A stretch of DNA of 63,252 nt, the filler included, from Octopus bimaculoides (Eukaryota), in the NCBI RefSeq assembly GCF_001194135.2. It is 6 parts of 5 records of this genome, joined end to end, with 100 filler letters (N's around TTAATTAATTAA, not from the genome) between each part and the next. Parts side by side here need not be neighbours in the genome. Positions count along the whole stretch, not along the records: positions 19,724 to 46,202 come from NC_068988.1; 5 more parts are not named here. One strand, 5' to 3'. This document shows, piece after piece, positions 25,144-39,135 of this stretch. A program made the translations under genes and the position numbers. A model generated the notes under the pieces. That model was not told the DNA's origin. It ran no database searches and saw only the letters and a list, made by a program, of their open reading frames with translations. Every line of letters starts with the position of its first letter. Position 1 is the stretch's first letter.

Positions 25144-25174
25144 TTCCAGGGTGCGAAGGATAAACTCGCCATTT
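25061..25174. repeat. Perfect 34-bp inverted repeat around a (TA)n spacer
   Basis: aaatggcgagtttatccttcgcaccctggaaata (25061-25094) and tatttccagggtgcgaaggataaactcgccattt (25141-25174). Confidence 0.95.
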
Positions 25175-28100
25175 ATATATATATATATAACATGTTAAGG
25201 GAACCTATCATATGCACCACATATGAAAGATTACTTCGTGGTAAATAACGCAATATTTTGTGTTCTAACAAACATCCATTTTAAATGGGTGATAATTAAT
25301 GCTGCTCTTGTAGAACTACTCTCTTCCTATGATTAATAACTTTGGTGGTGTATTATCCTACCTCTACGTTTCCCTATGTAGATGCTTCTAGGTATGTATT
25401 GAGTAGTCTGTTTGTTGCAACACCTATTTCATCATGGATGGTGATGTCTGAAATTTTTGAGGTCAACTCTGCATCACGCGCCAGGGAAAGAAGTGTTTTG
25501 TCTCAACGTGGATTACATCATTGAGCAATCCCTCATGTCGGGGTGCGTAATTCATAAGGAAGGAATATTTGTTGTCACTAAAGTGTTAGACCTCCACATA
25601 TCATTTCTAGTAATGACATTATTGAATGGAAGCGTGTAATATATGATGTTCTTAGTAATGGTTTGTATTACTAATTTTAGCGTAAGAACAGATGAGCTGA
25701 GGAGAGAAACCAATTCGATACCTTGGGAGCTACTATTTGTGTCTTGCATTATTATATGAACTCTTGAAGGGTAAAAGACAGTGATGAAATCGAAGGCATC
25801 GTAGCCCAGAACGTAAAGATTTGTAAGACATTGTGAAGTATTTCGTCCGATGCTCCAGTGCTTGTCAGTCTACCTCTCGTTCATTGTTTTATATAATGCA
25901 ACACTTCCCACTCAGATAAGAAGTTTTTATTGGTTGTTTAAGACTACAAAAATCGCCGCTTACTTAACATAGAAATTATCACAATTTTACTCATCAAGTA
26001 TTCCAACACTTGGAAATAGACGGCCGGTATTACTACTTATTCCATATTCCCTATACCAGTGTTGCTACCATCCGATGCAACAAATTCTGTTGTCAGAGTG
26101 AGTGACACTGTTACTGCCCACGCTTGTTCGGATTCATAAAGTAGAGATATTTGATAAGTTTTTATGCTTCAAGAGCATGAATATGTAGGACTTCAACGTC
26201 GTAAGACATCAGTTTCAAGTATTCCATGACGTCCATATTCTGCATTTCAATTATTCTGCTTCATGGCCTTTTTTCTTCGCTTTTGTGTCGTACTCAAATT
26301 GCATAGGATTTCAGTCTTCAAATAGTTTGAGTAATTTCTTCCATATAGCAATGTCGAATGCTTTTCTTCAAATGAAGTATAAAATAGTATCGTGTAGTAG
26401 AGTAGAGAAGAAATAGAAAGAATCTAACTTAAATGTCTGGTTCAAATACATCATTACTTAGTGTATTCTAGAATTCCATATCCTGAGACTATTACTACTG
26501 TAATTTCAATGTAATTAGCTTTCTTATCATCGCATCAATATTTCATTTCAGTTAATGAATAACATACGTACGATTATAAGAGATGCATTTACAGTCATTA
26601 GAGCATAACATAGATGAACATGCGGTATTCAGCCTATCATACTATAGTGAGTTAAAATACATGTGAGGCCATTTTTGGCTTCATCTGTCTGCGTTCGATC
26701 GCTATTTTGCAAGCCCTGTTGTGCGGGCGATTCGTCTTTTATTTTCTGTCTATCTGTCTCCCTTTCTAGAAGAAATCGTGTGTTCAGACCAGAAAATAAT
26801 AGGCAATAAAACTGAATATATTATTTGCATGACCTAGAAAGTTTGCATTTACGAACTGAAAGTGAGCTACTTGAAATAATTTAGCGTGGCACATAGAATG
26901 TATTTGAACAACAAAGATGAGTAAGGGAAATAGCAACATAGAATCCGTCCTGTAGAACCTGTACTCTATTTCCCCTAGGCTTTGACAGCGCCACTAAAGT
27001 GCTACAAACCGAACAAGAGTACCTAGCATTCTTTAATATAAGATTCGAAATTCTAATCGTTGCTGCGGAGTCGAGGAAGACAGAGAAGCCTGGAGTAACT
27101 TATAGGGGTTGCTGCGATTGATATGGGTGATTGAATGCTGGAAGAGGAGGGCGACGAATCAGTCGACTTGTAGAAGATAGATGTGAACTAGTAGATAATT
27201 TAAGCAGTGAGAATATATGGAGATGAACAGGTGAATGCCTACCTATGTGTTTATTTCCTTGCAGTTATGTACTCTGTCAGCTCCCCAGTAAGAAATAAAT
27301 TACGTCTATTCTTACCGTTGCTCATTTGTTATACTTTGTTCTGTCAGAATCTGTTAATATTGGTTTGTTATTGGAGTGTGTTGTTTAGCAGATCGAACAT
27401 AACTATCGCCAAATGCATCCCAATAGTTACAATTCCGTTTTGTTAGACACCATGTGTCTAAGACTATATCAAACGATATATTATTTTCACATTCTTTTCT
27501 CCTTTTCGTTTCTTTGCTAGAAGACGTTAAGAGTGACATGAGGGAGATTTGGCTTTTAATTTTAGTAGGAAGAACAAAAGCATGTCGAAGTATAAATCGA
27601 GTGTACTTCTGTGATTAACAATTAATTATATATCCCTACTGTAGAACACGGTGACCTACAATGTTTCACACTGCCTACTTCTAGTTGAGAAATCGAAAAA
27701 TTATAAGCTTTGTTGCTGTTTTTTTTGCTAATCTTCGTAATGTTTTTAGTAACAATTGTTTCCACGATAAAGCAAGCGTAAATAGACAGGCCAATTTCGT
27801 TGATATTTTCATTGACGCACATTCATTAATGCCAGTGTTGTGTTCTTGTGTTTACTATCTTTGCTGCTAGTATTATTACTGTTGCTTTTGTCATTGATGT
27901 TACGGTTATTATAGATTTGGTTGCTGTTATTGTTGTCTCCGACGCTATTAAGAAAACTACAACTATTGGTGTTCATGCTGCAGAATTTGTATTTATTGCT
28001 GCTCTTTTATGTTCATTTTGTTTATTTACTGATTTTATTACTGTTTCTCATTCTACAGACCTCTTGTGTTGTCGTCCTCGTGGTTGTCGTCAGAGTTGTA

Positions 28101-28697
28101 GCTGTTATTGTTGTCGCAATATTTCTTATTGTTCTCTCTAATGCTGCTTCTATTGTCAATTCTTATTCTTACTGTTTATATTGTTGCAGTTAATGTTGTC
28201 AATGTTGTGCTGCTACTGTTATCCACTCTCTTATATCTCATTGTTTCAGTTACATCGACAACAGAAACTATTGTTCTGATTGGCTCTGCTATTGATTTTT
28301 ATGTTAATGTCTCTTTAAAAAATGCTGCCGTTATTTTAGTGTTTGTCTTGATTTTTGTTGCCACTCTTTTAGTTCCTGTAGTGCTTTGATGTTCTTTGGA
28401 TTGCTGATACGATTTTGGCTGATACAGCTGCGAGAAGTTTACTTCAATTTACTTGTTATCCCTGACTTTCTTGATGCTACTATAGCTGCTGTTGCAGGAA
28501 TTGTAAAATATGTTAAAGATTAACTCTTTATAAACCACTGTTCCTATTTTCTTGCTCGCACACTGTATTATTTTTTGAGATTGACACATAAACGCATATA
28601 TATATATGCGTGTGTGTGTGTATGTACGTACGCATATGTATTCGTGTGTAGTTAGCATACACTCATATATCTATATCTCTCTCTCTCTGTATATATA

Positions 28698-28783
<86 letters not shown>

Positions 28784-31732
28784 TATGTGTGTGTATGTTT
28801 TTTATGTATATGTACATACGTGTATGGATGTATATGCCTATATATTTATGAATATTTTGCATACACACATAAAACAGTTTTATTCGAAAGGAAATTATAA
28901 ATAGAGATCCAAGAGAGTTTTCTGATGATGTCATAGTTCTGTTGAATATAATCTAGTGTTTTGGCAGAAACACATAGAAATTCAGGAAATTCTAGCATAA
29001 TAATTATAATATTTTGAAAAAATATTCCTTCACTTCATATAAATGAAAATACTGGATGTCCATTTCTAATTCAAACATTCCTATACTTTCACATTAACTG
29101 CTTGAATTGTCCCATTAGCGCAGGATTACACTGTTCATGCAGACTGCTTGGATGTATACCAGAGAGACATATGGACACATTTCATGCTATATAGATGTAT
29201 TCAATTACTCACGCGATTTCGCTTCTCCAAATCGGAGACAGAAATATCTATTCATATAAAAGAAAATCCTATCAGAATTATTTTCTTTTTTGGATATTTG
29301 TTGGATCGAGGGGTGAAAGGTAGACTGTTTATAAAAACACCGAGCTAAGATGAGCTTGAAATGATGTTTTTCAAGAACATGTTTTACTTCGTATATACAT
29401 TTATTTTTTTCTACTAATAAAGAGAAAGCAGATGGCTTAGTAAACATGGATGTGTTCAATTATTAGATATTTCTACGATTCATTTAACTCTTCAGCCTAC
29501 GTAACTGTAAATAGGAAATCGGAGAATAGGAAATCTCTTCGTTATAAGTATGGCATCACTAAAATTGTCGATGTTGTTATTGTTGCTGCTGTTGGTGATG
29601 TTTATGTTATTGATATATTCCCGTTGCTATTGTGATAGTGCTGTTGATGGTTGCGTACCATGAAATAAATTCTAATCTGACAGACTTATGATCCAAACTA
29701 TTTCAGTCATACCATTTGGTATTTTGTTTTGCAGTCATAATCTATCTAGGAACATTAACCAATGAACACTTCATTGATTTCTCCACGGTGATGTGTAATC
29801 TTAAAGTTCTAGAAGGTTAAGGAAATGCATAAAAGCTCCCACTGTTGTAGCTGTTGTTGCTTAGCTTCAGACCATCCCTGTTAGAAGAGATATATACTAA
29901 AAGGCGTTCCTGCCGTGACTCTTTCGATTATTTGGTTATCTGCTTATGGTATACTTTCCATTGTTTTCTTTATTTCATAAGGATGTTAAAGTATGATTCA
30001 AGAGATATTTCTTTTCTATTTCTACTTCACTGAACGTAAATGAGTTTTTTTTTTCAACCATAGAGGTGTGTACTTTATACACGTTTCGTGGATAGAGATA
30101 ATCTATAGCAATTTACCTAAAACTTGCTCACGATAAGCGTCGCAAAGACGTACATTTAGGTAAAATAACAGTCATAAATTATATTAACGAAGTATCCTCC
30201 GGATTCATAAGTAAACGTGTTTATCACAAATGCAAATGTTACTCTTTCTCCGTAATAGCTAAATAACTTGCCTCTCCATCCATCTCATACATCTACCTTA
30301 GCATAGATGGAACTCATATACCTACGTTAGCGCCACACGCCTAATCGGTCACGAAACATTATACTCACTATCAGTTCTTAAATGTAACCTTCTGTGAATC
30401 CTATCCCGGTTAATTTTCCCCAGCGACATATAACTACATCTCTAATTAAACAATAAATAAATGAATGGTATCACACTGGAAATTCTCCGCTTCTACTTAG
30501 ACTATATCTTATTAAAACAAGTATCAACCAACACTGCTAAATCTTATGGTCGTATACAATATAACATTATTAGTGTTCAAAACTATTAATTTTATTTTGT
30601 TTCACAAGATGTTTCTGTATTTTCATTCGCTGAAGTAGAAAACATAATGCATTAGCTAGCAAGAGCTAAACCTCTATAAATATTAAAAAGGCAAACTAGA
30701 TACGATATTGTTATGGCAACGGTAGATGTGATAGCGGCATTCTCATATATGAAGGAATAATTTTAAGAATTTCACACAAGAGATCCTGTAGAGCAAATGA
30801 TAAATGCCGTTATAATATCAGATCCATATTGCAATATATCATGCTATCTTAGCGTGTTTCATATCCACTTGTTCAAAAATATATGGAGATGCAATAATAT
30901 TTAAATCTACTTCAAGAAACTTATTGGTTTTTAGTTGTTTAGCCGACTTAAGATCTGTTGTGAATCACTGGTGTATTTTAGAAATAGTAAACCTATGATC
31001 ATACTACCCAACTATGGAAAATGTGTCATCATAAATATGCATTTGTCTTCAACAATCAACTTAGCAAGCAGAGTCATGTCAGAACGATAATTGTTATTTT
31101 ACCAAATTCAGATAAAATCCTGAGGTATGTGCAACGGGAATTAAGAAAGAAATTATTTGCAGTTAGCACAAGGCAATACCGATTATAGTCAACTATGCCA
31201 GTTCTTGTTAAGTATAATGCTTATAAACATCGAAAGTAATATGGAACTGACAAATAATAACATGCAACAGTGACACTGCCATATCTATCTATCTATCTAT
31301 CTGTCTGTCTATCTATCTATCTATCTATCTATCTGTCTGTCTGCCTGTCTTTCTGTCTGTCTGTCTCTCTCTCTCTGTCTCTCTCTCTCTCTCTGTCTAT
31401 CCGTCTGTCTGTCTATCTATCTATCCATCTATCTATTTGTCTCTGTCTGTCTGCCTTTCTCTCTCCCTCACTCCCTCTCTCCTTCTTTCACAGTCTCTCT
31501 CCCTCTCGTTTTATATATGTGTGTGTGTTTGTTTTTGTATGTCAATGTGAGTGTGCAGATCTATTTTTATCTTTTTAATCATTTAACATGATTCAATCAT
31601 TTCACTAAGGCCATGGTGAGGGACAAACATAGACAAAAAGACACACACACACACGCACGCAAACACGCACACTCACAAACACAAACATGCACGCACACGT
31701 AGATACATATACACATACACACATACATATAA

Positions 31733-31774
<42 letters not shown>

Positions 31775-31776
<2 letters not shown>

Positions 31777-31920
31777 CAGGCTTCTTTCTACCAAATCCAC
31801 TCACAAGGCTTTGGTCGGCTTCAGGCAACATAGAAAGCACTTGCCCAAGGTGCCACGTAGGGGGACTGACGCCGGAACCATGTCGTTGGGAAGCGAGCTT
31901 CTTACCACACAGCCACGCCT
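31775..31920 (-). mobile_element. Family B SINE 5' half
   Basis: ctaccaaatccactcacaaggctttggtcgg...ttcttaccacacagccacgcc. Confidence 0.85.
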
Positions 31921-32141
31921 GCACCTATACGTGTATATTTGTATGCATGTCTGTCTGTATGTATGTATGTATGTACGTATGTATGTATGTATGTTTGTAT
32001 GTATGCATATGTGTGTGTGTGCGTATGTGTATGTTTGTGTGAGTGCATTCAGGCATGCATAACACATACATGCATACATATGAGTATCCACAATACATAT
32101 ATGTGTGTATGTGTGTGTGAATGTATGTATGTGTGTGTGAA

Positions 32142-32197
<56 letters not shown>

Positions 32198-32719
32198 CAG
32201 AATAGTAGCAAATATGATGGTAAAAATCTCGCAGAACAGGCACTGACGCTGTGAGTTCTTTCACTAGTTGTTGAATCACAATTTCGAAATATTTCGACAT
32301 TATTATTCAAGTTAGCAGTCTTAGAAACGTAAGCTACTAAGGTATAAACGAGTAAACAGGATAAACGGACAAGAACAGAAGATAAGAGAAGTACAGCAAA
32401 AGAAAATACGAGGTCTGCAGACTGAACGAGGAATAAAAACGCGGTGTGAGAAGAGGAGGAACATGTAAGTGAAACTGACATTTAAACAAAGTAAAAAACA
32501 GAAAGAAACAAAATAGAATATACTGTTTGTAGACCAAATGGTAAGTAATGACCGGCGTTCAAGAGAACGAAGAAAAAATACTAAGTGGGAAAAAGATATA
32601 ATTAGAATGTATTTCAAAGTAGCGACGAAATCAAGAGTTGTGTACAAGTAAGGACAATAGGAAAGACTAGCGTTTGAAAAACCATTTTTTAGAGAAAGAG
32701 TGAGGCAGAAACAAAGAGT

Positions 32720-32820
<101 letters not shown>

Positions 32821-33296
32821 GACAGAGATAACATCAATATGAAATGCGTGTGGAATTTGTGAATTGTTAAACAATTAAATTACTCCTCAATAAATTACAG
32901 AGGTGATCTGCAAAACTAGTAGTGAATGAGTTTAGTAAAGATTTCCGCTTGAATTCCAAATAGTTGTATTCTTGAGATTGTTAATTTTCAACGTATGCAC
33001 AAACATTACGTTTACAAATATAGATTCTTTTCTCTGATTCTAGAGATACGTTTGCAACTGATTTTAACGTATATGCTGCATATATTTTGCATAACCTGTA
33101 GTCCTCTATAAACAATGTTTAGTTGAATATAGATGATATAATTTATGAATATTGATAAAGATAAAATGCTTTACATCGATAAAATAAAGTCTTCATACAT
33201 TGAAAGTCTCTATAATGTGTTCAATTAAGTTTATAAGAAAAATATGAATTTGAAATTCAAAATAGCACAAGGGCTCTATAGTGCTGATACATGAAT

Positions 33297-34660
33297 GCAT
33301 GTATGTATGTATGTATGTATGTATGTATATATGTATGTATGTATCTTCAGTAGTTAATAATTTAAATTCTTACTCCCAAGAAACAGCTGTTTTCTAAAAA
33401 TGATACAAACCTCCATCTTTGAAATATAGATAACGAAATCAATGTTACATTTTAAACTTGAGAAACGACTTTCATTATTTTACTGTTCCACTTACAAAGT
33501 GTATTTTAATGTGCGAACCAGTTGGTTGATTTTTGTTTCAGAAAATCCAAGCTTATCATGACTGACAGTTAGACATTCACTTACAAAATCAAGTGCTCCA
33601 ATTATTATTGGCTCAAATGTAAATTTGCAATCCGGATAGAGAAGCTGCAGGTTTCAAAGTAGTTGTGCATGATTATCATCTTCTTCTTTGATTTTTTTAA
33701 GAGATATTCATATCAGCATGATAGCTGATCTCTATGACGGTTCGTACTTTTTCTTATCTGTCCCAAACAAGATATCCGGCATGTTATGTTTACACTTGAC
33801 ATGTTTTGATAGGAATATTCCAGCAGTATTCATTTTGCTGGTATTTGTGTGTCCATTCAATAACAGTAGGGTTCTCTATATTTATTCCACGACAGTCTTT
33901 TTTTCAGAACGGCATGGTTTGATTTTTTTGCAACAACGTCATAGCCTTCGAAGTGTGATGTGATATACCGATCACGAATCCGAGAGAGGCTTCACTTCAT
34001 ATCAATGTTACTACCTTCTTCACGTTTACGAGAATCACACCAATGCATGTTTTGTATTGGTATGCTGATCGCTTCACCTTCAGGTCTTCTTTGAGGTATG
34101 CTGATTTGTGGTCTTATGGGTGATCACCAAGAAGAGAGTACTTCCTAAGGAGCTCACTTCCAGCACGGCGGATATTGTTTGCTTCACTTTTTCAGAACTA
34201 AGTTAATGTATTTACTTTTGCTGCTGCTGTTTAGTAAATGCTGTTGAAAGAGACCATACGAAATTGACAGGCTGTCTGCACTGACCGCAAGCTCCTACCA
34301 CCTTTATCTTTTCTTAGGTAGAACCTGTCGGGATCACTATTCTTGTGGATATTTCCTATTGATGTTAGAACCTTGTGAGTTGTAATGTCTATGGAATACA
34401 TTTCTTCTATAGACTATTCAAGTATCCCAAATGTTAGAATCAGCACTGGTACTGCAAATGCATTATGGGATGTTGTGTTGTAAGAAGAGAGTTCGGACTG
34501 CCACATTTTTCATAGTCTGGTGTAATATCCTTGGCCACTCTATCGTTATTCACAGTACTTTGGTATGATATACTTTCATCAATGCCAAAGTACTTGTAGC
34601 ATTCTTTACGTGGGACAGGAGAGATAGTTGTCATTAGAGCGGCCATGCTTACACTGTAAA
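33297..34660 (-). mobile_element. R4/Dong-like RLE LINE relic (RT C-terminal part plus RLE) ending in (TACA)n
   Basis: ECYKYFGIDE; HNAFAVPVLILTFGILE*SIEEMYSIDITTHKVLTSIGNIHKNSDPDRFYLRKDKGGRSL; KCKHNMPDI..TVIEISYHADMNI..NLQLLYPDCKFTFEPIIIGAL. The 3' end runs actactgaa-gatacatacatac at ~33345. Confidence 0.85.
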
Positions 34661-34838
34661 GCTAGAAAGAAAAATTATGCGATCGGACTCATACTTCGAT
34701 CAAGTGACCACATTAGTACTAACTATAAGCACGCATGTGCAGAAGGCAATGTGATAATAATAAAGATATGTCATGGCCAAAGCGCGGATAACTCTTGACT
34801 ACCCTTCGTGTACATGTGTGCGTGTGCGTGCGCGTATG

Positions 34839-34886
<48 letters not shown>

Positions 34887-35085
34887 CATATGCATACATT
34901 TGAAATTTCTGAGAAATACTTAATACAATTTTGAAGGGTATGGGTGATTGTTTAAAAAATTTTGTTTTTTAAAAAATGTTATAAAATCTTTTATCAGGAT
35001 GTTACTAACCTGTTTTGGGAAGAATTCTTTTCCTCGTATATGAGCGCTTTCGATTAATCTTTTCAAACACACACACACACACACT

Positions 35086-35129
<44 letters not shown>

Positions 35130-35429
35130 GATATATAATCAACTCCTCTAGAAATCCAAATATACCAGTACTATTCGGGCAAATCCTTCATGAAATTATA
35201 GCATGGAAATTATAGCATTTTCTTGTCACAATGAATTACTTCAGCTTGGATGAGAGATGAATTTCAAAAACAACATGATAAACAGTGTGTTTTGCATTTT
35301 GTATATATTCGGTATTTCCTTTAAGTAATGTACCACTTGTTGTTTGTTGCGATAAGAACTTCCGTCATACTCAACAAGACAGATTAAATATCTTTGTAAA
35401 TATATTCTAATTTTGGAGTGCATTGACAT

Positions 35430-35960
35430 GTAGTTGAACCCAATAGGCAACATGGTGACACTTGTACATGGTAACTGAGAATATGTGATGTTAACTATCA
35501 CCGCTTTTATCATATGACGAATGTAAAATTTCGATATTTTGGGCGATACATGTTGAAACTGACAAAGTTATAAAAGCAAGTCTTTCGGATGTTGTAATCA
35601 AAGACAAAGAACCCAAGCTGTTCACAGTTATGTACATCTATAATACTTCCTAGTAAATCGCTTGCTAGTACGTTGGAAGATGATCAAAATGCGAGCATCT
35701 TTGAAATTCAATAGAGAAAATATCAAATATGAGATCACAAAAGGTATCAATTATAACATGTGGTGGATATGACGAAAAACATGACGAAAAATTTCAAGGC
35801 CATACTACTGTTTATATAATTGTACATACGAAATGAAGGCTATCCCTGTTCAGTACAAGAAACCTATAAGCTCTAAATCTACTTGGGTATTGCGTCTTAT
35901 ACGGTATAAGATCAATGAAATAGCGTCCAATACTATTAAGGTTATTATTACAAAAAACAC
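35430..35960 (+). mobile_element. Heavily decayed RLE-domain LINE fragment
   Basis: gaaactgacaaagttataaaagcaagtctttcggatgttgtaatcaaagacaaagaa = ETDKVIKASLSDVVIKDKE, compared with the R4-type TD..I.ANRPDIVIKDK motif. Confidence 0.4.
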
Positions 35961-36599
35961 CGTAATTTAAATAATCTGCACAACGAGGCAAAGAAAAGAT
36001 GACCCTCCGTTGTTTATTTCGATGGGTAGTCCCGCTGCTCGATTTACAGAACAGCCACCAAAATGAAGTATTGTGTAAGTGGTTAAGAGCTCAATTGTAT
36101 TCCTGAATAATTTTAATCAGATTCAGGATTAATGACAGGGCCGACCCTTTTTAATTGCAGCCCACATACCAATCCATCATGACCATCTAAATTCACTCAA
36201 AGAATTTCAATCGAACCAAATTTACAGAAAGCCCATCGTCTTAGGTGCCACACAATGTGATCGAAACTTTTTCTTCAGATCCAAGCAGATATTTATGAGT
36301 CCACAAATCACCATAGCAAATGCATCTCATACACTCGGATGGCATCAGCATAGACACACGTATAGCCGATGCGACAATGACATTGATTTATTGTCTTGAC
36401 GCCGTGTCTGTAAAAATATTTTTAAAAATTTAAGAGCTTAAACTGTTGCTAGTTCCAACACAGCTACATAATATTTTTTACCAATCGTGTGTGTGTGTGT
36501 GTATGTATATATATATATTTCCCTTCTTGTTGAATCCAATTTCTTGAATTATCTATTCACACACGACGGATGTCCTAACGCAAACCTGGGAGTACGTAA

Positions 36600-37751
36600 A
36601 ATACAACCATATGCGTTGCTTGAAGTGGTAGCACATCTCTTCCTTGTTCTTGAGTAAAAATAGATTTAATTTTTGTTACTCTTTATTGACATTTGAATTG
36701 GATAATTAAAAATTTCAAATTGTAATGCTTTTCATTTTTTAAAAGAGAAGAAAATCCTGCAAAGACTTGCAAAAATATTTATGAAGTTTATGGTGATGAT
36801 CCTGTAGGTGAATCAAATGTCGAAGGTGGTTTGCAAAATTTTAAGCTGGAGAGTTTAAATTGGAAGACCTTCGAAACTGGATGAAGATGTCTTGAAGGCA
36901 AAACTCGAAGTACACGCGAATATAACGACTAGAGATCTTGCAGAGGAGTTGGAGGTTTCTGAATGTACAGCTCATGCATAATTAGGGAAGCTAGGATACA
37001 TTTCTCGCTATAATGTATGGGTCATTCAAAAAGTCTCATAAAAAATTGCTTGGACCGGTATTCAAACGAAATGAAAGCATGTTTTTTTTTTACTCACCTT
37101 GCGACTGGAGATGAAAATGGATTATGTACGAAAACATAGCGCGAAAAAGATCTTGGAGTTTGTGTAAGGAACCCCCCAAAACAGCAACCAAAGACGAAAA
37201 TCCGTGCCAAAACGGTATGCTTTGAGTTTGGTGGGATTATAAAAGCATTACTTATTATGAGCTTCACCCTTAAAACCAGACCGTTAATTTTGATGTGCAC
37301 TTGTAATGAGCTGACTAATTGGAACCAAAAAAAAAAATAATAATCAAAGAATTGATGCCGGAGATTGGGGTAGTGTTCCAACAAGTCAGTGCCCGATCAC
37401 ATGTGTCTTTAGCTACCGGAACAAAGTTACATGAATTTGGTAAAGATCTCTTACACCATCCACCATACTCTTCTGATATTGCCCCATCTGCCTACCACTT
37501 ATTTTTCTCTTCACAAAACTGATTGCAAGGAAAAAACATTTAACTATTTAGATAATAGTTAAATGCACCTAGATAACTTCTCTCTTCAAAATCAATCAAA
37601 TTTTATTCCGATAGAAAATTTAGATTTCCTGATAGATGAGCATTAATAATATTGGAAATTATTTCATTGAATAAAATTTCTCGAACGGTCAATTATTTTT
37701 ATCCCGTTTTGCATATAAAAAAACAATCGGAACTTTCAGTACAACCTAATA
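36600..37751 (+). mobile_element. Mariner (DD34D, Mos1/SETMAR-like) transposon relic
   Basis: KNIYEVYGDD, CRRWFAKF*AGEFKLED, TTRDLAEELEVS, LATGDE, LLHHPPYSSDIAPSAYHLF (YSPDLAPSD motif degenerate). Right TIR-like ggaactttcagtacaacctaa then TA at ~37729-37751. Left TIR not found. Confidence 0.9.
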
Positions 37752-38849
37752 TATAAAAGTTTGATAAGTTTGTTTAAAAAACTGCTTCATGTTCCTCTAT
37801 CAGTTTTGTACAATAGTGATCAAACACCCATTATCCCATTAACTATTTAATTCCTTTTCCATTTCTGCACAAGGTAGTGATGGTAATAAAAAGATTTTAT
37901 TCTCGGGCTTAGCTGTAGATAATAACAGATAAGAATGTTGTTACAAATGAAATCTCCTTATTACTTATCTCATTATTAAAAGAATCATGCGAACAAAATA
38001 TAAACTAGAGTAAATACAAAATATAAACTGGTGTAAAATATAAACTAGAGTAAATACACAACAGGAAAAATCAAACATATTAGCTTACTTGTTCGAAGAT
38101 TTCTTAATACAATATTTGCATGCGTGTCGGATGCCTTCAGGAAACAGTGATGGACAAAGTCATCTCTTATGGATAAAAGATAATATATCCATATGCAAGC
38201 AACAAATGCAAACTAACACACATATATTTATACACACTCGCACACTCAAACACCCGCATGCATGTATACTCATTCACACATACCAATATCTAAATATTAT
38301 TACATTCATTTTTTCCTGATTCTGTGGCAGATGGTGCCATGTTACGGCACCACCTTAAATGCTGTAAGCGAAGATATCGACCCCACTATGTATTTATACA
38401 TCTATACATACATAAATGTATACATACATGCTTGCGTACCAGCTTACATACATATATACATACATACATACATACATACAGACAGACAGACAGACAGACA
38501 GACACACACACAAACATACATACATACATACATATATATATATATACANNNNNNNNNNNNNNNNNNNNNNNNNNNNNNNNNNNNNNNNNNNNNNNNNNNN
38601 NNNNNNNNNNNNNNNNNNNNNNNNNNNNNNNNNNNNNNNNNNNNNNNNNNNNNNNNNNNNNNNNNNNNNNNNNNNNNNNNNNNNNNNNNNNNNNNNNNNN
38701 NNNNNNNNNNNNNNNNNNNNNNNNNNNNNNNNNNNNNNNNNNNNNNNNNNNNNNNNNNNNNNNNNNNNNNNNNNNNNNNNNNNNNNNNNNNNNNNNNNNN
38801 NNNNNNNNNNNNNNNNNNNNNNNNNNNNNNNNNNNNNNNNNNNNNNNNA

Positions 38850-39070
38850 TAAAAAATATTCAGACAAATGCATAACAAAAACACCAGGTTTATATATAAT
38901 AAGTATATATAACACACAGGAAATTGCACAACTAGGCACCACATCCTACGTAAAACACTTTCAATACAGTAACAATAAGAGCATCACAACAAACCACAGC
39001 ACATAACAAGGCACACAGTGCTGCGCTCGGTAGTGCATTTCAAGTATGTGATAAGAATAAGACTACTTAC

Positions 39071-39134
<64 letters not shown>
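38850..39134 (+). mobile_element. R4/Dong-like LINE 3' end with (TAA)n tail
   Basis: QEIAQLGT / HILRKTLSIQ* (shares atcctacgtaaaa with the 19.86-kb copy), short UTR, (TAA)n at 39071-39134. Confidence 0.8.

Positions 39135-39135
<1 letters not shown>

Noticed and set aside
25300-25670. Penelope GIY-YIG fragment on the minus strand (YYTLPF.., DCSMM, YIGK)
   Set aside because: Motifs are too short and fall in different frames; not supportable without a search.
26060-26103. 38-nt candidate plus-strand exon (ccag|...|gtgagt)
   Set aside because: All three frames are open with no recognisable peptide, and the opposite strand weakly resembles a LINE (LLYESE.AW).
27848-28389. Hydrophobic ORFs resembling membrane proteins
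   Set aside because: Decayed (GTT/GCT/ATT)n low-complexity sequence, open in several frames.
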